From: Anaerohalosphaeraceae bacterium
GTDB taxonomy: Bacteria > Planctomycetota > Phycisphaerae > Sedimentisphaerales > Anaerohalosphaeraceae
Length of the DNA: 64,000 nucleotides
Reading direction: 5' to 3'
Assembly: GCA_050309605.1 (NCBI GenBank)
Contig: JBNRMN010000002.1
Span: 16,438-80,437, forward strand
Made by a program: the position numbers and the translations under genes. The first letter of the stretch is position 1. Every line of letters starts with the position of its first letter. Below, piece after piece: positions 17,881 to 27,764 of this stretch. Below the pieces are notes generated by a model, which saw only the letters and a list, made by a program, of their open reading frames with translations, did no database searches and was not told the origin of the DNA.

Positions 17881-18825
17881 TCAGGGAATCTTAAAAAATT
17901 CCGTGCCTGACCGTATATCGGACACAATTTGGCCTGTTTTCAAAAGGGCGTCCAGCAGCGGACGCACTTGATCGGGGCTGAGGGACAGCCCGATGCCGAT
18001 ATCCTTCAATGAACAGGGATGACGACGGAGCATGGCAAGAACCGCTTCGGTGTTGCCGGTGAGGTCTGCCGAAGCGGCAGGGCCTTGATGACGACTGAAA
18101 TCAGCAATGATTTCGGCTTGCGGATGCAGTTTTGGGGCGATCTGCTCCAATTCCTGAGGCGAAACCGGCAGCGCCTCGGCGTGGGTGGTCGGACGCGCAG
18201 CGGTGTTGAGCTGGACTTTGTCGGGGCGGATTTTTGCGATGAGTCGGGCGATGTTTCGGATACGGTCCTCGTCGGTGTTGATTCCCCGACAGAAAAAAAC
18301 CTCCAGCCAGATTTGGCCGGCGTATTCGTCGCGAAACCGGCATAAACCATTGATAAAAAGCTCGAAATTCAGGTCGGGATGCGGGTTGTTCAGGCGGCGA
18401 AAGGTCGCTTCATCGCCGGCATCGAGCGAGGGCAGTACGACATCCGCCTTGGCGCAGTCCCGCCGAACCTCCGGCTGATACAGCAGTGTGCCGTTGGTGA
18501 TGACGGCGGCGGGTATGTCGGTCAGCTTTTTGATGCCGTCGATGATGACGCCCAGTTCACTGTGCAGGGTCGGCTCGCCGGAACCGCTGAGGGTGATGTA
18601 GTCGGCGGACAGTCCCTCGTCTAACCGTTGGCGCAATTCAGTCAGCACCGCATCGGTCGGCACATAGACTTTGCGCTCCAGCGTCAGCGGGGCGTCTTTG
18701 CCCAGTTGGCAATAGAGGCAGTTTTGGGTGCAGGTCTTCATCGGGACGATGTCCAGCCCCAGGCTTTGGCCCAGACGACGCGAACGAACAGGCCCGAACA
18801 GATAGTGATAGGTTGACTTGGCCAT
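17881..18825 (-). CDS. Radical SAM protein
   Basis: FGPV.SRRLG.SLG, CTQNCLYC (CxxxCxxC), SGSGEPTL; TAATG overlap with the kdsA stop. Confidence 0.92.
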   Translation of the reverse strand: MAKSTYHYLFGPVRSRRLGQSLGLDIVPMKTCTQNCLYCQLGKDAPLTLERKVYVPTDAVLTELRQRLDEGLSADYITLSGSGEPTLHSELGVIIDGIKKLTDIPAAVITNGTLLYQPEVRRDCAKADVVLPSLDAGDEATFRRLNNPHPDLNFELFINGLCRFRDEYAGQIWLEVFFCRGINTDEDRIRNIARLIAKIRPDKVQLNTAARPTTHAEALPVSPQELEQIAPKLHPQAEIIADFSRHQGPAASADLTGNTEAVLAMLRRHPCSLKDIGIGLSLSPDQVRPLLDALLKTGQIVSDIRSGTEFFKIP

Positions 18826-19655
18826 TATGATTTTGGATTGCGAATGAGTTGATGGATACGGCCGCACATCGAGACCAGTGATTCCACTTCGTCCAGCGGG
18901 AGCATACAGGCCGCATCGCAGAGGGCATTGGCCGGGTCGGGGTGGATTTCCATAAACAAGGCGTTGGCGCCTGCCGCCGTTGCAGCGCGGGCCAATATCG
19001 GGGCCATATCGGGCGTGCCGGCACTGGCCGTGCCCAAACCGCCCGGCCGCTGGGTGCTGTGTGTGGCGTCAAAGACGACCGGACAGCCGATTTGCTGCAT
19101 CAGCGGGATGGCAGTCATATCGTTGACATTGCGGTTGTAGCCGAAAAACGTGCCCCGTTCGGTCAAGAGAATCTTGTGGTTTCCGGTGGAACGTACCTTT
19201 TGGACGCAGTTTTTCATCTCTTCGGGGCTGACGAACTGACCTTTTTTGATATTGACGGGCTTTTGTGTCCGGCCGCAGGCGACCAGCAAGTCAGTTTGAC
19301 GACATAAAAACGCCGGAATCTGAAGACAATCGACCACCGAGCCGGCGGCCTCGGCCTGGGCCGGTTCGTGGACATCGGTCAGGACGGGCAGGCCCGTTTT
19401 TGAGTGCACGTCATTCAGTATGGCAAGGCCTTTTTCCAGGCCAGGCCCGCGAAAACTGTCAATACTTGAACGATTGGCCTTGTCGAAACTGGCCTTGAAG
19501 ATCACGCCGACACCGGTGCGCTCCCGAATGCCGAGTAGCGTCTCGGCGATCCGCAGGCACACATCGCGGCTTTCTATCACGCACGGTCCGGCAATGATAA
19601 ACAGCGGCTCATTGAGACCGACCTTGATTTGTCCAATGTGAAAGGATGAATTCAT
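18825..19655 (-). CDS. kdsA: KDO 8-phosphate synthase
   Basis: AGPCVIES, KASFDKANRSS, QIPAFLCRQTDL, ERG..FGY, FDATHS.Q.PG. Confidence 0.97.
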   Translation of the reverse strand: MNSSFHIGQIKVGLNEPLFIIAGPCVIESRDVCLRIAETLLGIRERTGVGVIFKASFDKANRSSIDSFRGPGLEKGLAILNDVHSKTGLPVLTDVHEPAQAEAAGSVVDCLQIPAFLCRQTDLLVACGRTQKPVNIKKGQFVSPEEMKNCVQKVRSTGNHKILLTERGTFFGYNRNVNDMTAIPLMQQIGCPVVFDATHSTQRPGGLGTASAGTPDMAPILARAATAAGANALFMEIHPDPANALCDAACMLPLDEVESLVSMCGRIHQLIRNPKS

Positions 19656-19687
19656 TATTCTGTCCGCATTTTGTCCGCTGGTGGGGT

Positions 19688-20563
19688 TTACTCCGGCCAG
19701 ATGCCGGTAAAGACTTCTGCGGCCGGGCCGGTCATATAAACGCAGTTATCTTCCTGCCGCCAGTTGAGCTGAAGGTTGCCGCCTGGCAGGTGGGCGGTGA
19801 CGATGCGGTCGCACTGGCCGATCAGGACGCCCGCTACAGCACACGCGCACGCGCCGGTTCCGCAGGCCAGGGTGACGCCGCTGCCGCGTTCCCAGGTCTT
19901 CATCGTCAATTCGTCCGGCCCCTCGGCCTTGACAAAATGCACATTGACGCGCTGGGGAAACAGCTCGTGCCGTTCAATAATCGGTCCCAGATGCGGCAGG
20001 TCGATGGCGTCCAGGTCTTCGCAGAAAAAGACCGCGTGCGGATTGCCCATTGACACGCAGGTCATCGACAAATCCTGCCCCTCGATGTGCAGCGGCAGAT
20101 TAACCACGGTCGGTGTCTCGGCGGCCACGGGAATCTGTGTCGATTCGAGGATGGGCTGTCCCATGTTGACACAAACCCGACTGACCAGGCCGTCTTGCCC
20201 CAGATCCAGTCCGACCGTCAGGATCCCCCGTCCGGTCTCAATCCGCAGGGAGGTGGGAAATGTTGTTTGTCCCGGCAGTGAGAACTCCGTATCGGTGCGG
20301 GCCAGATTGTGATCATAGACATATTTGGCCACGCAGCGGATGCCGTTGCCGCACATCGGCGACTCGGAGCCGTCGGCGTTGAACATCCGCATCCGCGCGT
20401 CGGCGATTTCGGACGGTTCAATCAGAATCAGTCCATCCGAGCCGACGCCGAAATGCCGGTTGCTGATCCGCACCGCCAGATCGGCGGGGTTGTCAATGTG
20501 TTCGCTGAAGCAATCGACATACACATAATCATTGCCCAGTCCGTGCATTTTGGTAAATTGCAT
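19688..20563 (-). CDS. dapF: Diaminopimelate epimerase
   Basis: FTKMHGLGND, NADGSE..MCGNG.RC, SMGNPHAV, ERG.G.TLACGTGACA. Confidence 0.97.
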   Translation of the reverse strand: MQFTKMHGLGNDYVYVDCFSEHIDNPADLAVRISNRHFGVGSDGLILIEPSEIADARMRMFNADGSESPMCGNGIRCVAKYVYDHNLARTDTEFSLPGQTTFPTSLRIETGRGILTVGLDLGQDGLVSRVCVNMGQPILESTQIPVAAETPTVVNLPLHIEGQDLSMTCVSMGNPHAVFFCEDLDAIDLPHLGPIIERHELFPQRVNVHFVKAEGPDELTMKTWERGSGVTLACGTGACACAVAGVLIGQCDRIVTAHLPGGNLQLNWRQEDNCVYMTGPAAEVFTGIWPE

Positions 20564-20722
20564 ATTGAAACCTCACTCTTGGATTTAGAAAATAAGTCAA
20601 GCCATTATATGCTCAATCTTTTGAAAATCAATAGTCAACCCCTCATTCGGGGCAAGTCTGACCCGAAAACAAAGGCATTTTTATCCTTGATAATCACGGA
20701 TTTTGACGGTATAGATTGCACT

Positions 20723-22285
20723 ATGACTTACTTGACTGTACCCATAGCCGGCAGCGACGCCGAGTCATTTGCCGAGCGGTTTAAGCAGGCCAAGGCCCAG
20801 GGGGCTGAGGCGATTGAGGTGCGTTTGGACGGCCTGGCGGATTTGACGCCGGAGGCGGCCGGGCGGTTAATCACCCAGGCCCGCAAGACCAAATTGCCGG
20901 TGATTGCGACCTGTCGTGAAAAGGACGAGGGCGGGGCACGCAATTTCCCGATTGCCGAAAAGACGGCGATTCTGGCCGAATGTATCCAAGCCGGGGCCGA
21001 GTTTATAGACTGCGAGCTGAAAGTTTTTGCAAAAAAAGATGCTTTTGGGCCACTTAAAGAGGTTCTTAAGGCTCATCCCGATTGCCGATTGATTTTGTCG
21101 GCCCATCGAATGAAGGGGCGATTTGAGGATATTAATATCCTTTATGAAACAATGCTGAGTCTGTGGCCGATGGCCATCTGCAAGCTGGTCTATCCGGCTC
21201 GGCACATCAATGATTGTTTTGAGGGGCTGGATTTGCTGCATCGGGCCGGCAAGGATATGATTGTTTTTTGTATGGGCCAGGCCGGTTTGATGACCCGCGT
21301 GCTTGCCAAAAAGCTGGGGGCGTTTTTGACGTTTGCCTCGCTGGATGAGAACAGCGCGACGGCGGCAGGGCAGATTCCCGTCGAGCAGATGAAGCAGTTG
21401 TTCTGCTGGGATCGACTGGATAACGAGACCGAAGTGTTTGGCCTGATCGGCAATCCGGTGTCCCATTCGCTCAGTCCGGCGCTGTTCAATGCGGCCTTTG
21501 AGGCCGAAGCCATCAATGCGGTCTATCTGCCGTTTCGGGTTGAAGGGGACCAGGAGCAATTTTCCGCGTTTGTTGATGCGATGGTGGAACGGCCCTGGCT
21601 GAGTGTCGGTGGGTTTAGCGTGACGATTCCCCACAAAACACACGCGCTGGATTACGTCAATCGCAAAGGCGAGTTTGTTGATACGCTGGCGGCCTCTATC
21701 GGGGCGGCCAATACGCTGAAAGTGGGCTTTAACGGCATTGTGTGCGGCTACAATACCGACTATGCCGGTGCGATGGACGCGTTGACGGCGACGATTGGGA
21801 TAGAACCGCATGCCCTGCATCAAATGGATGTGGCCGTTGTGGGCGCCGGCGGTGTGGCCCGTGCGGTTGTGGCGGGTCTGGTGGATGTCGGTGCGTATGT
21901 GACGGTGTATAATCGCACCGCCAAAAAGGCCGAGTCGCTGGCCGAGGAGTTTCGCTGCAAGGCAGCCGGTTTGGATGCACTGGAACGGGCCAATCCGGCG
22001 GTGATTATCAATTGCACCAGTTTGGGGATGTATCCGGATGTCGAACAGTGTGCCGTGGAAAAAGGGGTGCTGCGGCCGGATATGACGGTTTTTGATACGG
22101 TGTATAATCCGCTTCGTACGCGGCTGCTTGAGGCTGCTGAAGAAGTCGGCGCCAAGACCATCAGCGGCGCTGAGATGTTCATCCGGCAGGCGATAGCCCA
22201 GTACCGCGTCTTTATTGGGGCGGATCCGGACGAAAAGATCATCCGATCGGTCGTGATTGAAGCCTTGAAATCCAAAACGGCGTAA
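20723..22285 (+). CDS. aroE: Bifunctional type I 3-dehydroquinate dehydratase / shikimate dehydrogenase
   Basis: N-terminal E.RLD, IAT.R..EGG, ILSAH (AroD); C-terminal GNPVSHSLSP, SVTIPHK, NTD, GAGG.ARA, D.VYNP..T (AroE). Confidence 0.93.
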   Translation: MTYLTVPIAGSDAESFAERFKQAKAQGAEAIEVRLDGLADLTPEAAGRLITQARKTKLPVIATCREKDEGGARNFPIAEKTAILAECIQAGAEFIDCELKVFAKKDAFGPLKEVLKAHPDCRLILSAHRMKGRFEDINILYETMLSLWPMAICKLVYPARHINDCFEGLDLLHRAGKDMIVFCMGQAGLMTRVLAKKLGAFLTFASLDENSATAAGQIPVEQMKQLFCWDRLDNETEVFGLIGNPVSHSLSPALFNAAFEAEAINAVYLPFRVEGDQEQFSAFVDAMVERPWLSVGGFSVTIPHKTHALDYVNRKGEFVDTLAASIGAANTLKVGFNGIVCGYNTDYAGAMDALTATIGIEPHALHQMDVAVVGAGGVARAVVAGLVDVGAYVTVYNRTAKKAESLAEEFRCKAAGLDALERANPAVIINCTSLGMYPDVEQCAVEKGVLRPDMTVFDTVYNPLRTRLLEAAEEVGAKTISGAEMFIRQAIAQYRVFIGADPDEKIIRSVVIEALKSKTA

Positions 22286-22828
22286 AAAGATGTCTTGATC
22301 TGCCTCGAATGCACTACTGTAACATCTCACCCAAAATGGTTATTGGCGGAAATTGGGGGATTCGGCGGGATATTTGGGAAAATGGCGGGATGGCGGCCTC
22401 TTAAAGGGGGATTATTAAGCTATTATTCGGGATTATTAAGGCCTTTGGGGCGGCTGAGCAAAGTGCGCAAAAACGCGAATTTCGGGCATTTTCGGGGGTG
22501 TATCGGAGTATAGGGGTCGTGAATTGAAAAATCGGGCAAAATCTTTAAAAACCGCGTTTTTGACTTCAAAACGGTAATTGTCGCGTTTAAGAAGCAGAAT
22601 TTAGGGATATAAACAGGGTCTTTCGGTTGTGTCCGCGCGGACGCACTCTCGGACAACTTTTTATATCCAAAATTACCTTAATATATCAAGATAGGTGAAA
22701 TAGACAGCCATTTTTTGGGGAAAATTAACAAGAAAATATTGTCGGGAATTGATTCAGGGAAATTCTCAAAATTTTTTTTGAAAAAAAATAAGATTTTTTT
22801 GTACCAGAATATTTCTTGCTATTTCTTG

Positions 22829-23374
22829 CTAATTTTTATTATTGCATTGTGGTTCCTGGGTAAGCCGGAGCATTTCAAGAATCGCGTTTAATCGAAATTT
22901 AATCTCTGTGAAATTGTGCAGCATCATCAACAAGTCAGAAAGTCTGTTTTTTTGGCTGTTTATTACCTGAAGCGCGGCTTGGTCTTGTTCAGACAGCTTT
23001 TCGCCCTGACTTAGCCGTGCTTCGGCGTCCAGAATAATCGTCCAGGCCTCTTGGTATTTCTCGGCTATGGGTTTTCGGATTGTTTCAATATCAGTGTTTA
23101 CAAGCGTTTCTGCGGCTTTTTGAAACTGATCGTCGCCGGTGATAAGCCAATGAAGATCAATTTCTAATGCCTCTGAAATTTTCAAAAGCACATACGGGTC
23201 GGGTAGATTTTCGCCATTTTCATAGCGAGATATTTGGCTGGAGCTTGTAAAACCCGCCATTTTAGCAAGTGCCACCATACTTAACTGTTTAGCTTTTCTG
23301 GACTTATGGAGTCTTTCGCAAAACCCATTCAGAAATTTTGAGAAATCTTCTTTTTTTCGCTTGCTTTGTTGCAT
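22829..23374 (-). CDS. XRE-family HTH repressor
   Basis: RL...RKAKQLS...LA..AG....QISRYENG...P...L..I..AL.I..HWL..G; divergent from the transposase operon; AT-rich. Confidence 0.9.
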   Translation of the reverse strand: MQQSKRKKEDFSKFLNGFCERLHKSRKAKQLSMVALAKMAGFTSSSQISRYENGENLPDPYVLLKISEALEIDLHWLITGDDQFQKAAETLVNTDIETIRKPIAEKYQEAWTIILDAEARLSQGEKLSEQDQAALQVINSQKNRLSDLLMMLHNFTEIKFRLNAILEMLRLTQEPQCNNKN

Positions 23375-23434
23375 TTCTCTCAGTACATTAGACGATACAA
23401 TGCGTAACGCTCATTGTTTTTTAAGGTTTTAGTT

Positions 23435-23632
23435 ATGGCAAAAAACGTAAATCTTCGTGATCGGGACGTAATGGCCTTAATCAATGCCAGGGCAGAGGCC
23501 GAAGGGCGGACGGCCCAAAATGCCGCCAGTCAGACGATTCGCGAGGCGCTTATGCCGATTTACGGCCCGAAACGTCGTTCATTCAAACAGCGAATCATTG
23601 AAAAGTCAAACGGAAATGGCTCAATGGATTGA
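23435..23632 (+). CDS. Small DNA-binding protein (Arc/RHH-like)
   Basis: NVNLR...ALI.ARA.AEGRT.......IREAL pattern; occupies the Ner/Cro position. Confidence 0.6.
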   Translation: MAKNVNLRDRDVMALINARAEAEGRTAQNAASQTIREALMPIYGPKRRSFKQRIIEKSNGNGSMD

Positions 23633-25542
23633 CATTTCGACAGCCGCTGCGCGGCTGGGGGTTACGGAGCGGGCTGTCCGTAAGCGTTGTCTGGTCGGTG
23701 ATTTGCCCGGCGCTGAGAAGCGTAATGGGATCTGGCGGATACCTGTAACCGCCGACGCGCGGCTGGCAGGGCGTCCTGCCGTCGACGTGCGGGTTGATGC
23801 TGATGACCTGGCAAGAATTCCAAAACCAAAGTTAGACGAGGCGATTCGGCGGGCAGGCGTTGTCGCGGCTTTTGAGAGGTTCTCGCGTGAACACGTCCGG
23901 GCCGGCGGGCTGCGAACTGAGGCCTTCGAAATATTCGCGTATCAAAATAATCTGGCTGTCGGCACGCTGCGGCGATGGGTTTCACGGCACAAGCAACACG
24001 GGGTTTTGGGCCTGGTGGATTGTCGCGGCGGGTCGCGAAATAGCGAGACTATCAGTCCGGAGGCCTGGGAGTTTTTCAAGAGTCTCTATCTCGATCCGCG
24101 CCAGCCGTCAATCCGGCAGTGCCTGCGGATGACCGTTCACCATAATAAGAGGGAGAAGTTGGGCTGGACAATACCATCGTACGGCGCGCTTTGCCGATAC
24201 ATAGACAAGTATTTGCCCTTGCCGGTTCGGGTGCTGCATCGTGAGGGGCAGGCCGCCTATGAGGCCAAGTGCGCGCCTTATATTCAAGTCGATCTTTCGG
24301 AAGTCGAGCCGGGCAGCGTCTGGGTCGGCGATCACCACCAGTTTAATGTGTTGATTCAACACATGGGCAAATGGGTGCGGCCCTGGCTGACGGCCTGGAT
24401 GGATGCGCGCAGCCGCGCGCTGGTGGGCTGGCAGGTCTGTTTGCAGCCGAACCAGACGACGATCCTGACGTCGTTTCGGGATGCGGCGAAAAAATATGGC
24501 CCACCGGATGGGGTTAAGATCGATAATGGCCGCGACTACGATGCACGATTGTTTACCGGCACGACCAAAAAACGCCGGAAGGCCCTGAGTAAGGGTTATC
24601 TTGACGAAGATACGGTGTCCGGCCTCTACGGTCTTTTGGGTGTCGAAGTTTCTTTTGCCATTCCTTACCATCCTCAAAGCAAGTCCATCGAACGGTTCTT
24701 TGATACCGTCGATCAACAGTTTTGCAAGTTTGTTCCGACGTATTGCGGCAAAGACACCAAGCGGAAGCCGGAAGCGCTTAATGATTATCTCAAGTCGTCG
24801 TCGGCGGTTGAGGCGGCTTATACGCTTGAGACCTTCTCGAAGGCCTTTGCCGATTACGCGGCTGTTTATAATACCCGGCCGCACTCATCGCTGGCCGGCC
24901 AGACGCCGCTGGAAGTGCTCGAATCGCGCGAGTCGAAGCGCGTCGTTTTGGATGATGTGCTGGATCTGTTGTGCCGTGTCTGGATAGACGCAAAAGTCAC
25001 CAAGAACGGTGTACGCATAAATGGACTTTATTTTGGGCAATACGACCCCCCACATCATGGCGCTGCAAGGCAAAGCTGTGCGTGTTAGCTACGATCCGAA
25101 CGACGCGGGGGTCATTTTCATTTACAACGAAGATTGGAAGTTTGTTGCGCGGGCCGAGAGCAATCGGCTGGTCGCCTACGGGCAGCCCGGGGTCAGCGAC
25201 GGCTCTGTCCGTGCGGCCATGCGGCAAAAGGCCCGCGCGGCAAAACAGCTTCGTCAGCAGCGGGACGCGGCGCGTACTCGCGCGATGGACGTGGCGGCCC
25301 TGGCGATCGAGGCCCAGGCCGCCGAGACCCGGCCGGCGCCGGCGGCCAAGCCGCCGAGGATTCGGGCGGTCAAAACCGTTTTGGACGGTCAGCTCGACGC
25401 GCATAAAGTGGCTGCTGGGCCGTCGCCGTCGCGAGAGTCGTTCTGTCTGGAGTGGGACATCGAACCCAAAGGGCTAAAACCGCCGCCTGTTATTGATCTG
25501 GGGCTGGACGACGATTTCTGGGAGGATGCCGATGTTGGGTGA
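23616..25542 (+). pseudogene. MuA-like DDE transposase split by a frameshift in a C6 run (25046-25051)
   Basis: N-terminal HTH; WVGDH, D..SR..VGW, IDNGRDY, K.IERFF core. The C-terminal G..V.VSYDPND...I.I domain continues in another frame. Confidence 0.85.
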
Positions 25543-26653
25543 TCTCCGCGACAATCTCGAACAGGATTCACGACTGGTGCTGGTTCACGTGCCGGATGTC
25601 GGCGACGCTGCCGCGCTGGCGGCGTTCTGTGCGGAGGTCAAACGGTTTTTGGCTGAACAGGGTGTCTCGCAGACTCGGCTGGCCAAGTCTATCGAATTGT
25701 CGCAGACGGCGGTCGGTCAGTTTCTTAACGGAAAGTACGCCGGCGATAATCAGGCGCTGGCGGAGAAGATCGGCTGCTATGTCAATGCGGTTTGGCGGCG
25801 TCAGCGGCGCTCGGCAGGCGCGCCGGAGTTTGCGGAAATTGGCGTCGCGGAGCGGATTTTTGGGTTGATCCGACGGGTCGATTCGTTCAGCGATGTCGAA
25901 GGGCGGATCGGCGTGATTATCGGCGACGCCGGCAGCGGCAAGTCCGCGTGTCTGCGGGCGTATGCCCGGGCGGACGCGGCGGCGGTCTATATCAGCCATG
26001 ATTCGGCCCAGAAGATTACCGGCCTGCTGGATGCGATTACCCGCGCCAGTGGTGGAGACGTGGCCGTTAACGCCTCTTTGTCGCTGGCACGGGCGCGGCT
26101 GGCCGAGGTCATGAAGCATAAACGTCGGCTTATTTTGATCGACGAGGCCAGTTCCTTACGGGCGAAAGACCTGGATAAATTGCGGTCGCTGCTTTGTGTG
26201 AAGTGCGGCTGTCCGTTGATCCTGGCCGGCAACAATGATCTTTTGCGGACGATCCAGGAGAATGCGGACAAGACCGGCTATGCCTCTTTGGATCAATTTA
26301 ACAGCCGTTTGATCGGCGTTTTGAATTTGGATGAATTGGCCGCCGGCGGCGACGGCGGGCCGTTGTACAGTGCCGAGGACATTCGCCGACTCTACGAATA
26401 CGGCGGCATTCGGCTGACGCCGGACGCGGTGGATGCCCTGGGGCGCATTTGCCGGACGCCGCATTCGGGCAAGCTGCGAACGTGTCGAGACATCGTTCGT
26501 GCACTGCACAGCGCAACGCAGGTCATCGAGACCGGCCAGATCAACGCGGCGCTGGTCTGGGCGGCGATTGAGCAGTTGGGCCTGTCGGCGGCGGACTGGC
26601 TGCCGACTGCGTGCGGTCAGCCGGTAGTCAAAAGGGTATCAAAAATTGGGTAA
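25532..26653 (+). CDS. MuB-like transposition AAA+ ATPase with N-terminal HTH
   Basis: SQ..LA..I..SQTA..QFL.GKY.GD, GDAGSGKS Walker A, LILIDEA Walker B, SR; GGAGG RBS. Confidence 0.9.
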   Translation: MLGDLRDNLEQDSRLVLVHVPDVGDAAALAAFCAEVKRFLAEQGVSQTRLAKSIELSQTAVGQFLNGKYAGDNQALAEKIGCYVNAVWRRQRRSAGAPEFAEIGVAERIFGLIRRVDSFSDVEGRIGVIIGDAGSGKSACLRAYARADAAAVYISHDSAQKITGLLDAITRASGGDVAVNASLSLARARLAEVMKHKRRLILIDEASSLRAKDLDKLRSLLCVKCGCPLILAGNNDLLRTIQENADKTGYASLDQFNSRLIGVLNLDELAAGGDGGPLYSAEDIRRLYEYGGIRLTPDAVDALGRICRTPHSGKLRTCRDIVRALHSATQVIETGQINAALVWAAIEQLGLSAADWLPTACGQPVVKRVSKIG

Positions 26654-26679
26654 TTTTAGTTTTTTTGGGAAGAATAGAT

Positions 26680-27567
26680 ATGGCCGACAAAGACATTAAC
26701 ATTCATATTCGCGCCAAGGGCGCTGAGGACGCCAAGCGGCAGATCAGCGGCGTGGCCCAGACAACCGGCCAGGTCGGCGACAAGGCCCAGGAGACCGGCA
26801 GCAAGAGCGAGCAGGGGTTCGGCAAGGTCAAGGGCGCCTTGACCGCGTTGATGGGGCCGCTGGGCTTTGCCGGGCTGTTTGCCTTGCTCGGTGCCGGGGC
26901 GCGGAAGGTGGCGGCGTTTTTTGACGATCTGGCGCGGCGGGCGGCGATGAAAGAGTATATGCAAAACCCTGTGATTTTGGCGTCGCATACGCATCGGCTG
27001 GCGGACGGGCGGTCGCCGGTGGTCGGCAAAGTCATTGACTATACTTTTACGGGGCGCGACCTTGTGATCACGGTCGAATTTGCTCAGACGGAGCTGGGTG
27101 AGGAGTACTGGAGACTCTACAAGGACAAATTTCAACGGGCGTTCAGTATCGGCTTTATCGGGCGGTCGGCGCCGGTCGCCGAGGTGATGGACGGGCGGCG
27201 GGTGCGTGTTTGGAAAGATATTGAATTGCTGGAGATTTCCTGTGTGGCCGTGCCGGCGAATCCGGCGGCCCTCAGCAAACAGCGGCTCTCCTGGGGCCAG
27301 CGAAAAAAAAACGAACGGGAGCAAAAGCTTTTGGAAAACCCGGTACGGCTGGAGCGATTGTTTGCTCGTTATGAAAAGCTTCGCAATGAGCAGATACGGA
27401 CGGCGGGGCTGGGGTATTGCGAGGACGTCAGCGAAGAGGTGCTCAGGAAACATTTTTCAGATGCTGAAATCTCGATGATTCACGATGTTTGCCGCTATGA
27501 TCCGGCGTGGGGGTTCGGCGATCCTGAAGAGCTGAGCTTTGAGGAGGATTATGCGAAGTACATTTGA
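26680..27567 (+). CDS. HK97-family prohead protease with a tape-measure-like N-terminal extension
   Basis: Y..NPVIL..H, VGKV, AFSIGF, ELLEISCVAVPANP.AL; the first ~88 aa are Ala/Gly/Lys-rich (MADKDINIHIRAKG..). Confidence 0.85.
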   Translation: MADKDINIHIRAKGAEDAKRQISGVAQTTGQVGDKAQETGSKSEQGFGKVKGALTALMGPLGFAGLFALLGAGARKVAAFFDDLARRAAMKEYMQNPVILASHTHRLADGRSPVVGKVIDYTFTGRDLVITVEFAQTELGEEYWRLYKDKFQRAFSIGFIGRSAPVAEVMDGRRVRVWKDIELLEISCVAVPANPAALSKQRLSWGQRKKNEREQKLLENPVRLERLFARYEKLRNEQIRTAGLGYCEDVSEEVLRKHFSDAEISMIHDVCRYDPAWGFGDPEELSFEEDYAKYI

Positions 27568-27764
27568 GTTTTCTGTTGGTGCGGACGGCATCACGGGGCG
27601 GCGCCCCTGGGTTTGTCGCGTGGCTGCGGTGCTGCTGCGATGCCGTTTAACGCGATGCGCCTATTTTCTCCAGTCGGCGGCGGAGTGCCGGGCCGCCGCC
27701 GATTTTTGACCCGGCACGATTGCTCGGTAAAGCGTTTTTAATTTCGATTTAAGGATATATTATT

